Shown: positions 27,550 through 36,666, counted from the stretch's first letter. The stretch is DNA of 64,000 nucleotides from Candidatus Wolframiiraptor sinensis (GCA_023261815.1 JALNKA010000001.1:97347-161346), one strand, 5' to 3'. The notes: generated by a model not told the origin, from the sequence alone. A program made the numbers and translations.

Positions 27550-29523
27550 ATGATGAGACAGGAGTATTGGACGCTAATGGATCCATGCTGCGATTACTGC
27601 CTTCATTCGGCGAGCAATCCTTGCGTGAAGTATGTTGTCTGCCGGGTGCGCGGGCCATTCTGTCACAAGAGCGTGATGTGCAGGAATAGGAGGCAGCAGA
27701 GGATCAAGAAGGTGCTCTATGGTCCGCAGGGCGTTAGAATCAATGTCGGCGCGTCGAGTTGCGGCTTGGCCGCTGGGGCTGAGAAGGTTCTCGAAGCGGT
27801 GAAGGATAATCTCAGGTCTATGGGTGTGGAGGCGGAAGCCTCTGCAGTGGGCTACCTGGGATTATGCTTCATGGAGCCCTTCATCGAGATACGCAGCGAG
27901 GATGGCCCCTCCCCGATTTACGGCCATGTATCCCCGGATAATGTTGGTGAAATATTTGCAAAGTATTTTGAGGAGGGTAGCGTGGATGGCGCATTTGAGA
28001 TCAGAAGGCGCACAGGCAGATTCAAGGACGAGGATAAGGTTCCATTACTTGATGAGCTCGATGTATGGAGGAAGCAGGTAAAATGGGTTTCTAGGAACTG
28101 CGGAGTGATTAACCCGGAGTCGATTGAGGAGTACATCGTCTCGGGCGGATATGAGGGGCGCTCGAGAGCGCTAATGATGAAACCCGAGGAGGTTATAGAG
28201 GAGATCAGGTTATCGGGGCTTAGAGGCAGGGGCGGAGCCGGATTCCCAACCTGGCTCAAGTGGAAGGTGTGCCGAGAGCAGCCATCTAAGGAGAAGTACA
28301 TCATCTGTAATGCCGATGAAGGGGATCCGGGAGCTTTCATGAATAGGCTGCTCGCGGAGTCCGATCCACATAGAGTTCTGGAGGGCCTCATAATTGCCGG
28401 CTACGCGATAGGAGCCTCTCATGGCGTGATATTCGTTAGGGCTGAGAAACCCCTCATGGCCGCCAGACTCGAGAAGGCCGTGGAAGATGCTCGCAGATGG
28501 GGCCTCTTGGGTGAGAACATTCTAGGGACTGGATTCAATTTCGACGTGAGGGTGATGAGGAGCGCCGGCGCATTCGTATGTGGAGAGGAGACGGCGATGA
28601 TAGCGGCCATAGAGGGGAGGCGGGCGATGCCTAGGCAGAGGCCTCCCTACCCGGCTTCGAAGGGTCTCTGGGATAAGCCGACGGTAGTCAATAATGTCGA
28701 GACGCTGGCACACGTCGCGACGATAATGGCTCATGGATGGCAGGAGTTCGCGAAGTACGGCACCGAGCGGAGTAGGGGGACGAAGATGTTCTGCGTAACC
28801 GGTGGCGTGAAGAGAACTGGTGCATTCGAGGTCCCCATAGGAACCACCATCAGAACCCTCGTGTGCGATATAGCTGGAGGGCCGCATGAGGGCAGGAAGA
28901 TAAAGGCGGTCCAGATAGGCGGCCCATCAGGCGGCTGCCTCCCGGAGAGGCTATTCGATCTGCCCATCGATTATGAGAGCCTCCAAGAGGCCGGCGCGAT
29001 AATGGGCTCCGGGGGATTGGTCGTGATAGACGACTCCAATTGCATGGTTGATGTCGCCAGATACTTCACGTCATTCACGCTGGCGGAGTCATGCGGCAAA
29101 TGCGTGCCATGTAGAACAGGCACGAAGACCCTGTATGATCGCTTATCAGCCATAGTTGAGGGGCTGGGCGATCCAGATGATCTGCGGCTGCTGGAAGAGG
29201 TTGGAACGATGATGAAGGATGCGGCCCTATGCGCACTGGGCGGAACAGCGCCCAATCCGATACTATCCTCGCTCAAGTACTTCAAAGACGAGTATGAGGA
29301 GCATATAGTGGGGAAGAGGTGCCCGGCGAAGGTTTGCAGCAAGCTCGTGACATACAATATAAACAGAGAGCTTTGCGTCAAGTGCGGGTTATGCGCTAAA
29401 TCATGCCCAGCAAACGCGATAATTAAAACCGACGATGGATTCTTCGCGGTTGATCAGCATAAGTGCATCAAGTGCGGCACATGCTTCATCACATGCCCGA
29501 GGGACGCTGTTGAGAAGAGGTGA
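27550..29523 (+). CDS. NuoF/HoxF/HydB-like NAD(P)H-binding flavoprotein with an N-terminal Trx-like domain and C-terminal 2x[4Fe-4S]
   Basis: GLRGRGGAGFPT (NADH), the FMN and N3 cluster region (ESCGKCVPCR), and C-terminal CVKCGLCAKSCP / CIKCGTCFITCP. The true start may instead be ATG 27676. Confidence 0.85.
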   Translation: MMRQEYWTLMDPCCDYCLHSASNPCVKYVVCRVRGPFCHKSVMCRNRRQQRIKKVLYGPQGVRINVGASSCGLAAGAEKVLEAVKDNLRSMGVEAEASAVGYLGLCFMEPFIEIRSEDGPSPIYGHVSPDNVGEIFAKYFEEGSVDGAFEIRRRTGRFKDEDKVPLLDELDVWRKQVKWVSRNCGVINPESIEEYIVSGGYEGRSRALMMKPEEVIEEIRLSGLRGRGGAGFPTWLKWKVCREQPSKEKYIICNADEGDPGAFMNRLLAESDPHRVLEGLIIAGYAIGASHGVIFVRAEKPLMAARLEKAVEDARRWGLLGENILGTGFNFDVRVMRSAGAFVCGEETAMIAAIEGRRAMPRQRPPYPASKGLWDKPTVVNNVETLAHVATIMAHGWQEFAKYGTERSRGTKMFCVTGGVKRTGAFEVPIGTTIRTLVCDIAGGPHEGRKIKAVQIGGPSGGCLPERLFDLPIDYESLQEAGAIMGSGGLVVIDDSNCMVDVARYFTSFTLAESCGKCVPCRTGTKTLYDRLSAIVEGLGDPDDLRLLEEVGTMMKDAALCALGGTAPNPILSSLKYFKDEYEEHIVGKRCPAKVCSKLVTYNINRELCVKCGLCAKSCPANAIIKTDDGFFAVDQHKCIKCGTCFITCPRDAVEKR

Positions 29524-29529
29524 TGTTGG

Positions 29530-30147
29530 ATGAAGATCAAGATAAACGGATTGGAGGTTGAGGCCAAGGAGGGCGAGAGAATACTCGATGTAGCTGATCG
29601 CCTAGGAATCAGGATACCAACCTTATGTTATCTCAGGGGCATATATGAGGGTGCCTCCTGCAGGATATGCGTCGTCGAGCTGAATAATGGGAAGCTCATA
29701 CCTGCATGCGCATACGAAGTATCCGACGGCCTCGTGCTCAGCACGGATACTCCTAGGATTAGAGAGAGCAGGCGCCTAACCCTGGAGCTGCTGCTCTCCG
29801 CCCATAGAATCTCATGCCAAGATTGCCCCAAGAAGGGAGAATGCGCCCTAGTAGAGTTATGCTCAGAGTACGGCGTCGAGGGGATACCGGTCTGCGCCGA
29901 ATGCTCCCTCCACGAAGAGGACTGCTTCCTCGGGAGAGGCGAGATCTGCTTGGGCCCGATCACAATCAGCGGCTGCAAAGCTGAATGTATTCGTGATGGA
30001 AAGCCGTGCGAGGGATGTAGGGGCCCCGTCACTAGGAGAGACGTGTTAGAGCGGGGTCGAGCAATATACCTCGAGCATGGCATACCGCTTGAAATGTTCT
30101 CGAGAAGCTCAAGATCTACTGCGCCTCCTCACGCGAATTCGATCTAA
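29530..30147 (+). CDS. HydA/NuoG/HoxU N-terminal-type iron-sulfur protein (2Fe-2S ferredoxin plus His-ligated 4Fe-4S) as a stand-alone 205-aa protein
   Basis: C33-x10-C44-x2-C47-x12-C60, then H92-x3-C-x2-C-x5-C, then a non-canonical 8-Cys segment. Confidence 0.7.
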   Translation: MKIKINGLEVEAKEGERILDVADRLGIRIPTLCYLRGIYEGASCRICVVELNNGKLIPACAYEVSDGLVLSTDTPRIRESRRLTLELLLSAHRISCQDCPKKGECALVELCSEYGVEGIPVCAECSLHEEDCFLGRGEICLGPITISGCKAECIRDGKPCEGCRGPVTRRDVLERGRAIYLEHGIPLEMFSRSSRSTAPPHANSI

Positions 30148-30184
30148 TTCGTGAACGCCTCATGGTGAGTGAGGTGATCGAGAA

Positions 30185-31474
30185 ATGATGAGCATCTCGG
30201 GTATTGATAGGATAGTGGGCCACGCCACCCTGGACGTGGATATCGATGGAGGAGCGCTGAATGCGCGTTTCAAGGTACTGAATGATCCGCGTTTCATAGA
30301 GGCCATAGTGATCGGCAAGAAGTACCATGAAATTCCGTCAATCGTTTCGAGGATATGCGGGCCTTGCAGCGTCAGCCACACGATAACCGCCATAATGGCC
30401 GTGGAGAAAGCTCTCGGGATAAGCGTCCCCGAGCCCGTGAAGATCCTCAGGAAGATAGCCGTGCTCGGAGAGGTGGCAGAAAATCACCTACTGCATCTCA
30501 CGCTCGTCGTCATGCCGGAATACTTTGGATACGATGATCTTCTCGAGGTCGCGAAGTACAAGCCCGAATCCCTCAGGAAGATACTGCTCATCAGATCCCA
30601 GCTTTCCAAGGTGATGGAAATGATATCAGGGAGGCTCGTCCACCCAAGCGCGCTATCAATAGGCGGGTTCACGAGAATGCCTGGAGAAGCGAGGCTCGAG
30701 GATGCAAAGAGCATCTTGAAGGAGATCAAAAGCAGGATAAGCGAGATCGTAGAGCTATTCCTCGAGACGGAGTTCCCCGAGTTTGAGGTATTAATGGAGG
30801 CCTGTGCATCCCTCAAGGACGGCTACCTCTACATCGGCGATGAGATCATCACCTCAGATGAGCGCGAGGTTAGAGCCGAGGACTATAAGAGAATATTCAT
30901 AGAGGATGTACAGCCTTACACAACTTCAAAGAGCGTAACGCTCGAGGGAATGCCAGTATACGTTGGGCCTAGGGCCAAGGTAAACTTGAAAGCGGACCTG
31001 CTTTCAGATCAGGCTAAGTCTTATCTCAAAATGAGGAGCTTCCCCCTGAGAAGCCCGTTCGATAATCTCCGGGCGCAAGCCATCGAGCTAATTCACTGCA
31101 TAGATGCCATGCAGATGTTGATCGAGGATGTGGCGAGCATTTCCAGCATAGGATCCGAGCAGAGAGAATCTAGGATCATGGCCAGAGAGGGGGCTGGAGT
31201 TGGCGTGTCCGAAGCTCCACGCGGCCTACTAATACACCATTACGAGTTTAATCGATGGGGGAATGTCATCTACGCAAATGTGATAACGCCGACGACGATA
31301 AACTCCAGGCACGTGGAGGTCGCCGCCCTAGAATTAATCAGGCACTACTTCTACGAGGACATGCCGGTCAAAGAGATAGAGCGCTATCTAAGAAAGCTCG
31401 TGCAAGCGTTTGACCCGTGCCTAGGCTGCGCAACCCACTCCGTCAAGATAAACATCAGGGGGCTCAAGCCATGA
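30185..31474 (+). CDS. [NiFe] hydrogenase large subunit (group 3, HoxH-like)
   Basis: RICGPCSVSH (L1) and DPCLGCATH (L2) ligand motifs; 429 aa. Confidence 0.85.
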   Translation: MMSISGIDRIVGHATLDVDIDGGALNARFKVLNDPRFIEAIVIGKKYHEIPSIVSRICGPCSVSHTITAIMAVEKALGISVPEPVKILRKIAVLGEVAENHLLHLTLVVMPEYFGYDDLLEVAKYKPESLRKILLIRSQLSKVMEMISGRLVHPSALSIGGFTRMPGEARLEDAKSILKEIKSRISEIVELFLETEFPEFEVLMEACASLKDGYLYIGDEIITSDEREVRAEDYKRIFIEDVQPYTTSKSVTLEGMPVYVGPRAKVNLKADLLSDQAKSYLKMRSFPLRSPFDNLRAQAIELIHCIDAMQMLIEDVASISSIGSEQRESRIMAREGAGVGVSEAPRGLLIHHYEFNRWGNVIYANVITPTTINSRHVEVAALELIRHYFYEDMPVKEIERYLRKLVQAFDPCLGCATHSVKINIRGLKP

Positions 31475-32859
31475 GAATCGGGATTTACTCGTTCGGCGGA
31501 TGTGAGGGCTGCAGATACTGGCTAATAGACTCCCTTCTGAGGATATGCGGGGAGCTGGGCGCCGAGATAGCCTACGAGCCGCTCATAGGCCTCTCCAAGG
31601 AAAGCCCGGAATACGATGCGGTGGTAATCGAAGGGGCTGTTTGCACGGAGGAGGATCTCGAGAAGATTCGAGGTCTGAGATCGCGGGCGAAATACGTCAT
31701 AGCCCTGGGGTCATGCGCCCTTCTAGGCGGGGTGCCGGGCAATAAGAGGTTCGCGGACCAGCATGCTGTTGAAAGAGTTTACCTCGGCAAACCTCTGCCG
31801 AAAAAGCCCCTCGACGTGAAGCCCGCAATCGCTCATGTGCGAGTGGACTACTGGATTAGAGGCTGCCCCCCGAACCGGGAAAACTTTGAGAAAGTCTTTC
31901 GAGCGATAATCTCCGGTATAGCCTCCGGAGAGCCGTTCAAGCTCCATGAGAGGCGCATAGAGTTCTGCAGGGATGAGTTCGCCAAGATCGAGGGAAGCGT
32001 GCTCAGGCTCGATGGAGACAAGTGCATAGTCTGCGGGAGATGCGTGGGCGTATGCGAGAAAATGGGAGTCTACGCGATAGACTTCGCCTACAGGAGCGTG
32101 AGCACGATGGTGACAACGCCCTTCGAGCTGCCATTCGATGAGAGCGCGTGCGTGCTATGCGGCCAGTGCGCGCTGGTCTGCCCGGTCGGCGCCATGCGCG
32201 AGAGAAGCGACTTGGAGAAGGTTCAGAGAATGCTGGCCAAGCCCACGGCGTTGAAGGCGTACATCGAGCCGGAGAGCCTGGCGGCCATGTCCAGCTACTT
32301 CAACCGCGAGGTTGAGGTAATAGTCGGAGCATTACTCGCGAGGGGCTTCGAGAGCGTCGCGATGTACGTGCCGGAGCCCCGCGCCGATGCCGATAAGCCG
32401 CTGATCCCCATGAGCGAAGCTGAGCGGAGGTTCGTCAACCTGCTTCATCCCGGGTTGGCTGAGAAGCTCTCGGATCCCCCAGCTCTGCCAATCGGCTCAT
32501 CAGTCCTGATAACACCATGTCTGGCCAAGAAGGCGCAGGCACGCGAGGGGGTGGTCTTAACGACGCGGGAGGCGATCAAGCTCATCTCCAGCGTGGACTT
32601 GGATGAGGTTGATGAGGTCTCGCCGATAACGCCCGCCAAGATGGGCGGAGCCTACGGGGAAGTTCATGGACCGGATGCCGTGATCAGGTTCTTGGATGAA
32701 TGCGCCGAGGGGCTGAGCGTCAGGGAGCCGACAGTGCTGAAAATATGTCCCGGCGGATGCATCAGAGGTGGTGGGCAGCCATATTACAGCGAGGACCTGT
32801 ATCGGAGGATGAGCAAGGCGGCGGCGAAGATATCCTCCGCGCTCATGGCCGTCGGCTAA
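31471..32859 (+). CDS. [NiFe] hydrogenase small subunit (HoxY-like) fused to a 2x[4Fe-4S] ferredoxin and a reduced, Cys-depleted [FeFe]-hydrogenase H-domain-like C-terminus
   Basis: MRIGIYSFGGCEGC...GSCA...GCPP (proximal cluster). Then CIVCGRCVGVCE and CVLCGQCALVCPVG. Then EKVQRMLAKPTALKAYIEP..., ITPCLAKK (L2-like), VVLTTRE and ICPGGCIRGGGQP (L3-like). There is no cysteine where the L1 TSCCPGW motif is expected. Confidence 0.8.
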   Translation: MRIGIYSFGGCEGCRYWLIDSLLRICGELGAEIAYEPLIGLSKESPEYDAVVIEGAVCTEEDLEKIRGLRSRAKYVIALGSCALLGGVPGNKRFADQHAVERVYLGKPLPKKPLDVKPAIAHVRVDYWIRGCPPNRENFEKVFRAIISGIASGEPFKLHERRIEFCRDEFAKIEGSVLRLDGDKCIVCGRCVGVCEKMGVYAIDFAYRSVSTMVTTPFELPFDESACVLCGQCALVCPVGAMRERSDLEKVQRMLAKPTALKAYIEPESLAAMSSYFNREVEVIVGALLARGFESVAMYVPEPRADADKPLIPMSEAERRFVNLLHPGLAEKLSDPPALPIGSSVLITPCLAKKAQAREGVVLTTREAIKLISSVDLDEVDEVSPITPAKMGGAYGEVHGPDAVIRFLDECAEGLSVREPTVLKICPGGCIRGGGQPYYSEDLYRRMSKAAAKISSALMAVG

Positions 32860-33350
32860 GAGGGCCGCGAAAAGTTCGATGGATTGCGCTTGAGGAATCG
32901 GGATACTTCCTCCAAAATTTTTGGGATTGCTTTCTCCACCTCAACGCTCAATTTTATTCCCGGGCTTATGTCCTTGACCCCCACGCCGATCAAGAAGATC
33001 CTTCGGGGCATTTTCTCCCCGAATAGCTCATAGCCCAGCTTTATGGCCGAGACCACATCGATGTCATGCAGCGATTGGATCTCATCCATGGATCCTTGAG
33101 TGAGTTCCCCTAGATCGATCACGACAACCTCTCCGGGGGCTAGTCCCGATTTTATGGAATCTATTATCACCACTTCATCGAACTCCATGATCTCATCGAG
33201 TAGCGCGAAGACGTTTGAGCCGCTCTCGAAGATTCTCACCTCGGCGGGCATCTCGCGCTCGAGCAGGATCTCGCCCACGATTAAGCCGACAGCATCATCG
33301 CCCATCAGCCTGCTGCCAACGCATAGGATTAAAGTCCTTTGAGCCCCCAT
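32856..33350 (-). CDS. hydrogenase maturation endopeptidase (HycI/HoxW family)
   Basis: The ILCVGSRLMGDDAVG motif typical of hydrogenase C-terminal proteases. Confidence 0.8.
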   Translation of the reverse strand: MGAQRTLILCVGSRLMGDDAVGLIVGEILLEREMPAEVRIFESGSNVFALLDEIMEFDEVVIIDSIKSGLAPGEVVVIDLGELTQGSMDEIQSLHDIDVVSAIKLGYELFGEKMPRRIFLIGVGVKDISPGIKLSVEVEKAIPKILEEVSRFLKRNPSNFSRPS

Positions 33351-33409
33351 TCTGAGCAGCTAAATCCAATCGAGCGATATAGCTGTTTAGCGAGCGATCT
33401 CTGCAGAGG

Positions 33410-34474
33410 CTAGCAGATTCTCGGAATCGGGTCTCCAATGGGCATCGGCAGATACCTTAATCCGCCTATCTCGGTCTCGACCACGACGCCCTCATGCTCG
33501 CCCGAGAACCACCCTATGATCTCGGCCTCGCGGCCCATCGGGTGGGATCGAAGAGCTTCCAGAACATCTTCCGCGAACTTCTCGGAGACCGCTAAGACCA
33601 CTCTTCCCTCGCATGCCAGTTCAAGGGGGTCTATGCCGAGTATCTCGCAGCCGGTTCTCACCTCATCGCGGATCGGTATGAGTGCCTCTTTAACCAAGAT
33701 GCCGAAGCCCGTGGCCTCGCTCCACTCGTTTAGAAGCGCCGCCAACCCTCCTCTCGTTGGATCCTTCGCCGCTAGGACTCCTCCAGCCTCGAGAGCCCTC
33801 TCCATTAGGTGGTTTAATGGCGCGGTGTCGGATCTTAGGCCCGGCGCCTCGAAGCCAAGCTCACCCCTCGCGGCTATTATCGTCATTGCGTGATCTCCGA
33901 TGGGCCCTGAAACTATCAGCCTATCTCCCGGTTTTATATTTCGTGGATCAAGCCACCTCGATCTCAGGGACCTGCCATCAGATGCCGCCTTCTCCAAGTT
34001 CTTGTCCAGATGCGGGCTTCTCCTCCCGATGCCGGCCGTATTGATTATCATCTCATCGAGCTTTCCCCTCTCGACGACCTTCGTGTCTCCTGTCACGATC
34101 TCGACTCCCGCCTCCTCGGCAGCCTCCTCCATGCTCGATAATATTCTATCGAGCTTCTCGATCTCGAATCCTTCCTCGATCACGAGGGCGCATGAGATCG
34201 CCAGCGGCTCGCTCCCGATCACGGAGAGGTCGTTCACGGTCCCTGAGATGCTCAGCCTCCCGATATCCCCTCCGGGGAAGAAGAGGGGCTTAACCGTGTA
34301 TGAGTCTGTCGTGAAGGCTATTCCGTTGACCACGGCTGAGTCCGTGAGAAGCGTAAGAGGGATTTCAACGCTTCTCCTCTGCTTGAACCTCGGTAGAATG
34401 TGCTCCTTGATGAGCTTGTGCATGTATAGGCCGCCAGCACCATGCGCTATGCTTATCTTCTCATCCGCCTTCAC
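33410..34474 (-). CDS. hypE: hydrogenase maturation protein HypE
   Basis: AIR-synthase-related fold ending in the conserved C-terminal PRIC. Confidence 0.9.
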   Translation of the reverse strand: MKADEKISIAHGAGGLYMHKLIKEHILPRFKQRRSVEIPLTLLTDSAVVNGIAFTTDSYTVKPLFFPGGDIGRLSISGTVNDLSVIGSEPLAISCALVIEEGFEIEKLDRILSSMEEAAEEAGVEIVTGDTKVVERGKLDEMIINTAGIGRRSPHLDKNLEKAASDGRSLRSRWLDPRNIKPGDRLIVSGPIGDHAMTIIAARGELGFEAPGLRSDTAPLNHLMERALEAGGVLAAKDPTRGGLAALLNEWSEATGFGILVKEALIPIRDEVRTGCEILGIDPLELACEGRVVLAVSEKFAEDVLEALRSHPMGREAEIIGWFSGEHEGVVVETEIGGLRYLPMPIGDPIPRIC

Positions 34475-34496
34475 CAGCGAAGCCCACCCCCAAACC

Positions 34497-35675
34497 TCAT
34501 AACCTCCTTACATATTTTGTTCCATGATTTATCCTGCATGCTTCACTCATACACCTGAAATCCTTGACGAGAATCCTGTTCTGCGCCCAGATCCTGCATG
34601 TTCCCTCAAGCCCCACCATCGGTGGGCCGATCGGGGTTGATGGCGTGCACGCCTTCATGTATAACGGGCAGTCCGGTGGATTTATTATCCCCTTTATTAT
34701 CTCGGCGCATCTGGCCTCTTGCGGGAAGTAGTCTCCCCCACCGCGCTCTAGCCCGTAAACCCGCCTCGCGTCGTCCTGGGAGAACTTCTCCTTGAGATTC
34801 ATCGCGCTCGCGGGTATGATCGCGACCCCCCTCCAGTAGCCATCCTCGAAATCGAAGACCTCTTGTAGCGCTTTCTGCGCCTTCAGGTTTCCTTCCCACG
34901 TCACGGATCTCACGTACTCGTTTTCCATTCTCGGAACATTCTCCCTCAACTGCTTGAGGATCATGTATATGGCTACAAGGACATCTATGGGCTCGAATCC
35001 CGCGAAGACCATGGGCTTCCCGCACTTATCGAAGTACGGCTTATACGCCCTCATGCCGCTCACGGTCGAGGCATGGCCTGGGTTTATGAAAGCATCTATC
35101 TCGAGATCCTCAGATTCGGCTAGAAACCCCACCGCCGGCGGAACATACCTATGAGCCGAGAGAACCTTAAGATTTCTCGGAAGGCCTTTCAGAATATAGT
35201 ACGCTACTGTGGGCGCAGTCGTCTCGAATCCAGCTCCCAAGAAGACGTACTCGCTATCAGGATTGCTGCTGGCGATCCTAACGGCGTCCATGAAGCTGTA
35301 CACGACCCCGACCTTCCCTCCATCGGCCGCGCAGTCCTCGAGCGAGATCATCCTCGAGCCCTTTGCCCTCGACACGTCGCCGTATGTGAGGACGTTGATT
35401 CCATCTAGTGCGAGCTTCACCGCCACGTCTATATCAGATGCGGGGGTTATGCAGACGGGGCACCCGGGTCCACCCCTAACCTCGATATTATCCGGGAGGA
35501 GAGCCCTAATACCCCAGTGAGTTATAGTCCATTCATGAGTTCCGCACACGTGCATTATCCTTATCTTTGGAAGATCCCTCGCGAGATCCCAAATCCTCGC
35601 GACTAACTTTCTAGCTAGAGCCGGGTCCCTATATCTCGAGAGAACGGCTTTCATGGGATCGGCGGAATCCACCAT
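34497..35675 (-). CDS. hypD: hydrogenase maturation protein HypD
   Basis: CGTHE and GPGCPVC motifs. Confidence 0.9.
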   Translation of the reverse strand: MVDSADPMKAVLSRYRDPALARKLVARIWDLARDLPKIRIMHVCGTHEWTITHWGIRALLPDNIEVRGGPGCPVCITPASDIDVAVKLALDGINVLTYGDVSRAKGSRMISLEDCAADGGKVGVVYSFMDAVRIASSNPDSEYVFLGAGFETTAPTVAYYILKGLPRNLKVLSAHRYVPPAVGFLAESEDLEIDAFINPGHASTVSGMRAYKPYFDKCGKPMVFAGFEPIDVLVAIYMILKQLRENVPRMENEYVRSVTWEGNLKAQKALQEVFDFEDGYWRGVAIIPASAMNLKEKFSQDDARRVYGLERGGGDYFPQEARCAEIIKGIINPPDCPLYMKACTPSTPIGPPMVGLEGTCRIWAQNRILVKDFRCMSEACRINHGTKYVRRL

Positions 35676-35760
35676 TCCTAATCACGCAGTCATACTAACT
35701 TGGGCGCAGCGATAATAAAGGTTTAACCCTCAGCTTTCTCATGATTTAGCGGGCTCCTAG

Positions 35761-36252
35761 ATGAGCTGGAGGGAGAGGCTCGAGCAGATCCTCAACAGCG
35801 TATCGGTGAGCGGCGGAGACCTGGTTATCGTCGGGATAGGAAACACGCTTCGCGGAGATGATGGAGTTGGAGTCGAGCTCGCAAGAATCCTGAAAGAGTC
35901 CATGAAGAGCGAGCGCGCAAAAGTATTCATCGTGGAGGATAAAGTTGACCTAATTCCGAAAATGCTGAGGGATGTGAATCCCGGGATCATTCTGCTCTTG
36001 GATGCGGCGGACTTCGGAGGCAGGCCAGGAGAGATCAGAATCATGAAGCTTGAGGAAGCCTCGAGAAAAGCCATCTCGACGCATGAACTGCCCCTAGACC
36101 TTATCATGAAAGCAGCCGGAATAAGCGCACCGGCATACGTCCTAGGAATACAAGTTGAAAACCTAGAATTTGGAAAGGAAGTGAGCCCCCAAGTTAAGGC
36201 AGCGGCGAATGAGGTTGCGAGCCTCCTATTAAAGCTCGTGGTGAGCTTGTGA
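35761..36252 (+). CDS. hydrogenase maturation endopeptidase (HycI family), second copy
   Basis: GIGNTLRGDDGVG motif. Lies immediately upstream of the group-4 hydrogenase cluster. Confidence 0.8.
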   Translation: MSWRERLEQILNSVSVSGGDLVIVGIGNTLRGDDGVGVELARILKESMKSERAKVFIVEDKVDLIPKMLRDVNPGIILLLDAADFGGRPGEIRIMKLEEASRKAISTHELPLDLIMKAAGISAPAYVLGIQVENLEFGKEVSPQVKAAANEVASLLLKLVVSL

Positions 36253-36329
36253 TATTACTGCGTTATAAACTCCGCATGCGCCGAGACTAAACTTAAATTT
36301 GGGTTACCGGACTGTAGTGTTGACCTTTC

Positions 36330-36659
36330 ATGGAGGAGCTCATCATCGCGCTTACCGTAACATTTCTTGTGATCCTCCTCATTTATCTCTTAGGCGGCAG
36401 GTTATCCGTTAAGGCTCCTAAAAGCAGGATGAAGCTCGAGCCCTATGCTTGCGGGGAGAGCCTTCCCCCGGCTAGAAGTCCGATAAGGCTACTCTTTTTC
36501 AACTTTGCCGCGCTATTCCTAGTATTCGATGTCATCGCCCTCTTCCTGGCATTCACGATAAATATTCCGCCAGCATATAAGCCCGGAGTAATCAGCCTTC
36601 TCATGCTTTACATGCTCGTGCTCGGGATCGCGATCCAGCTCCTGGGAAGAAGGAGGTGA
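36330..36659 (+). CDS. NuoA/ND3-like membrane subunit
   Basis: Three TM helices and the LEPYACGE motif. Confidence 0.75.
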   Translation: MEELIIALTVTFLVILLIYLLGGRLSVKAPKSRMKLEPYACGESLPPARSPIRLLFFNFAALFLVFDVIALFLAFTINIPPAYKPGVISLLMLYMLVLGIAIQLLGRRR

Positions 36660-36666
36660 ATGCCAT

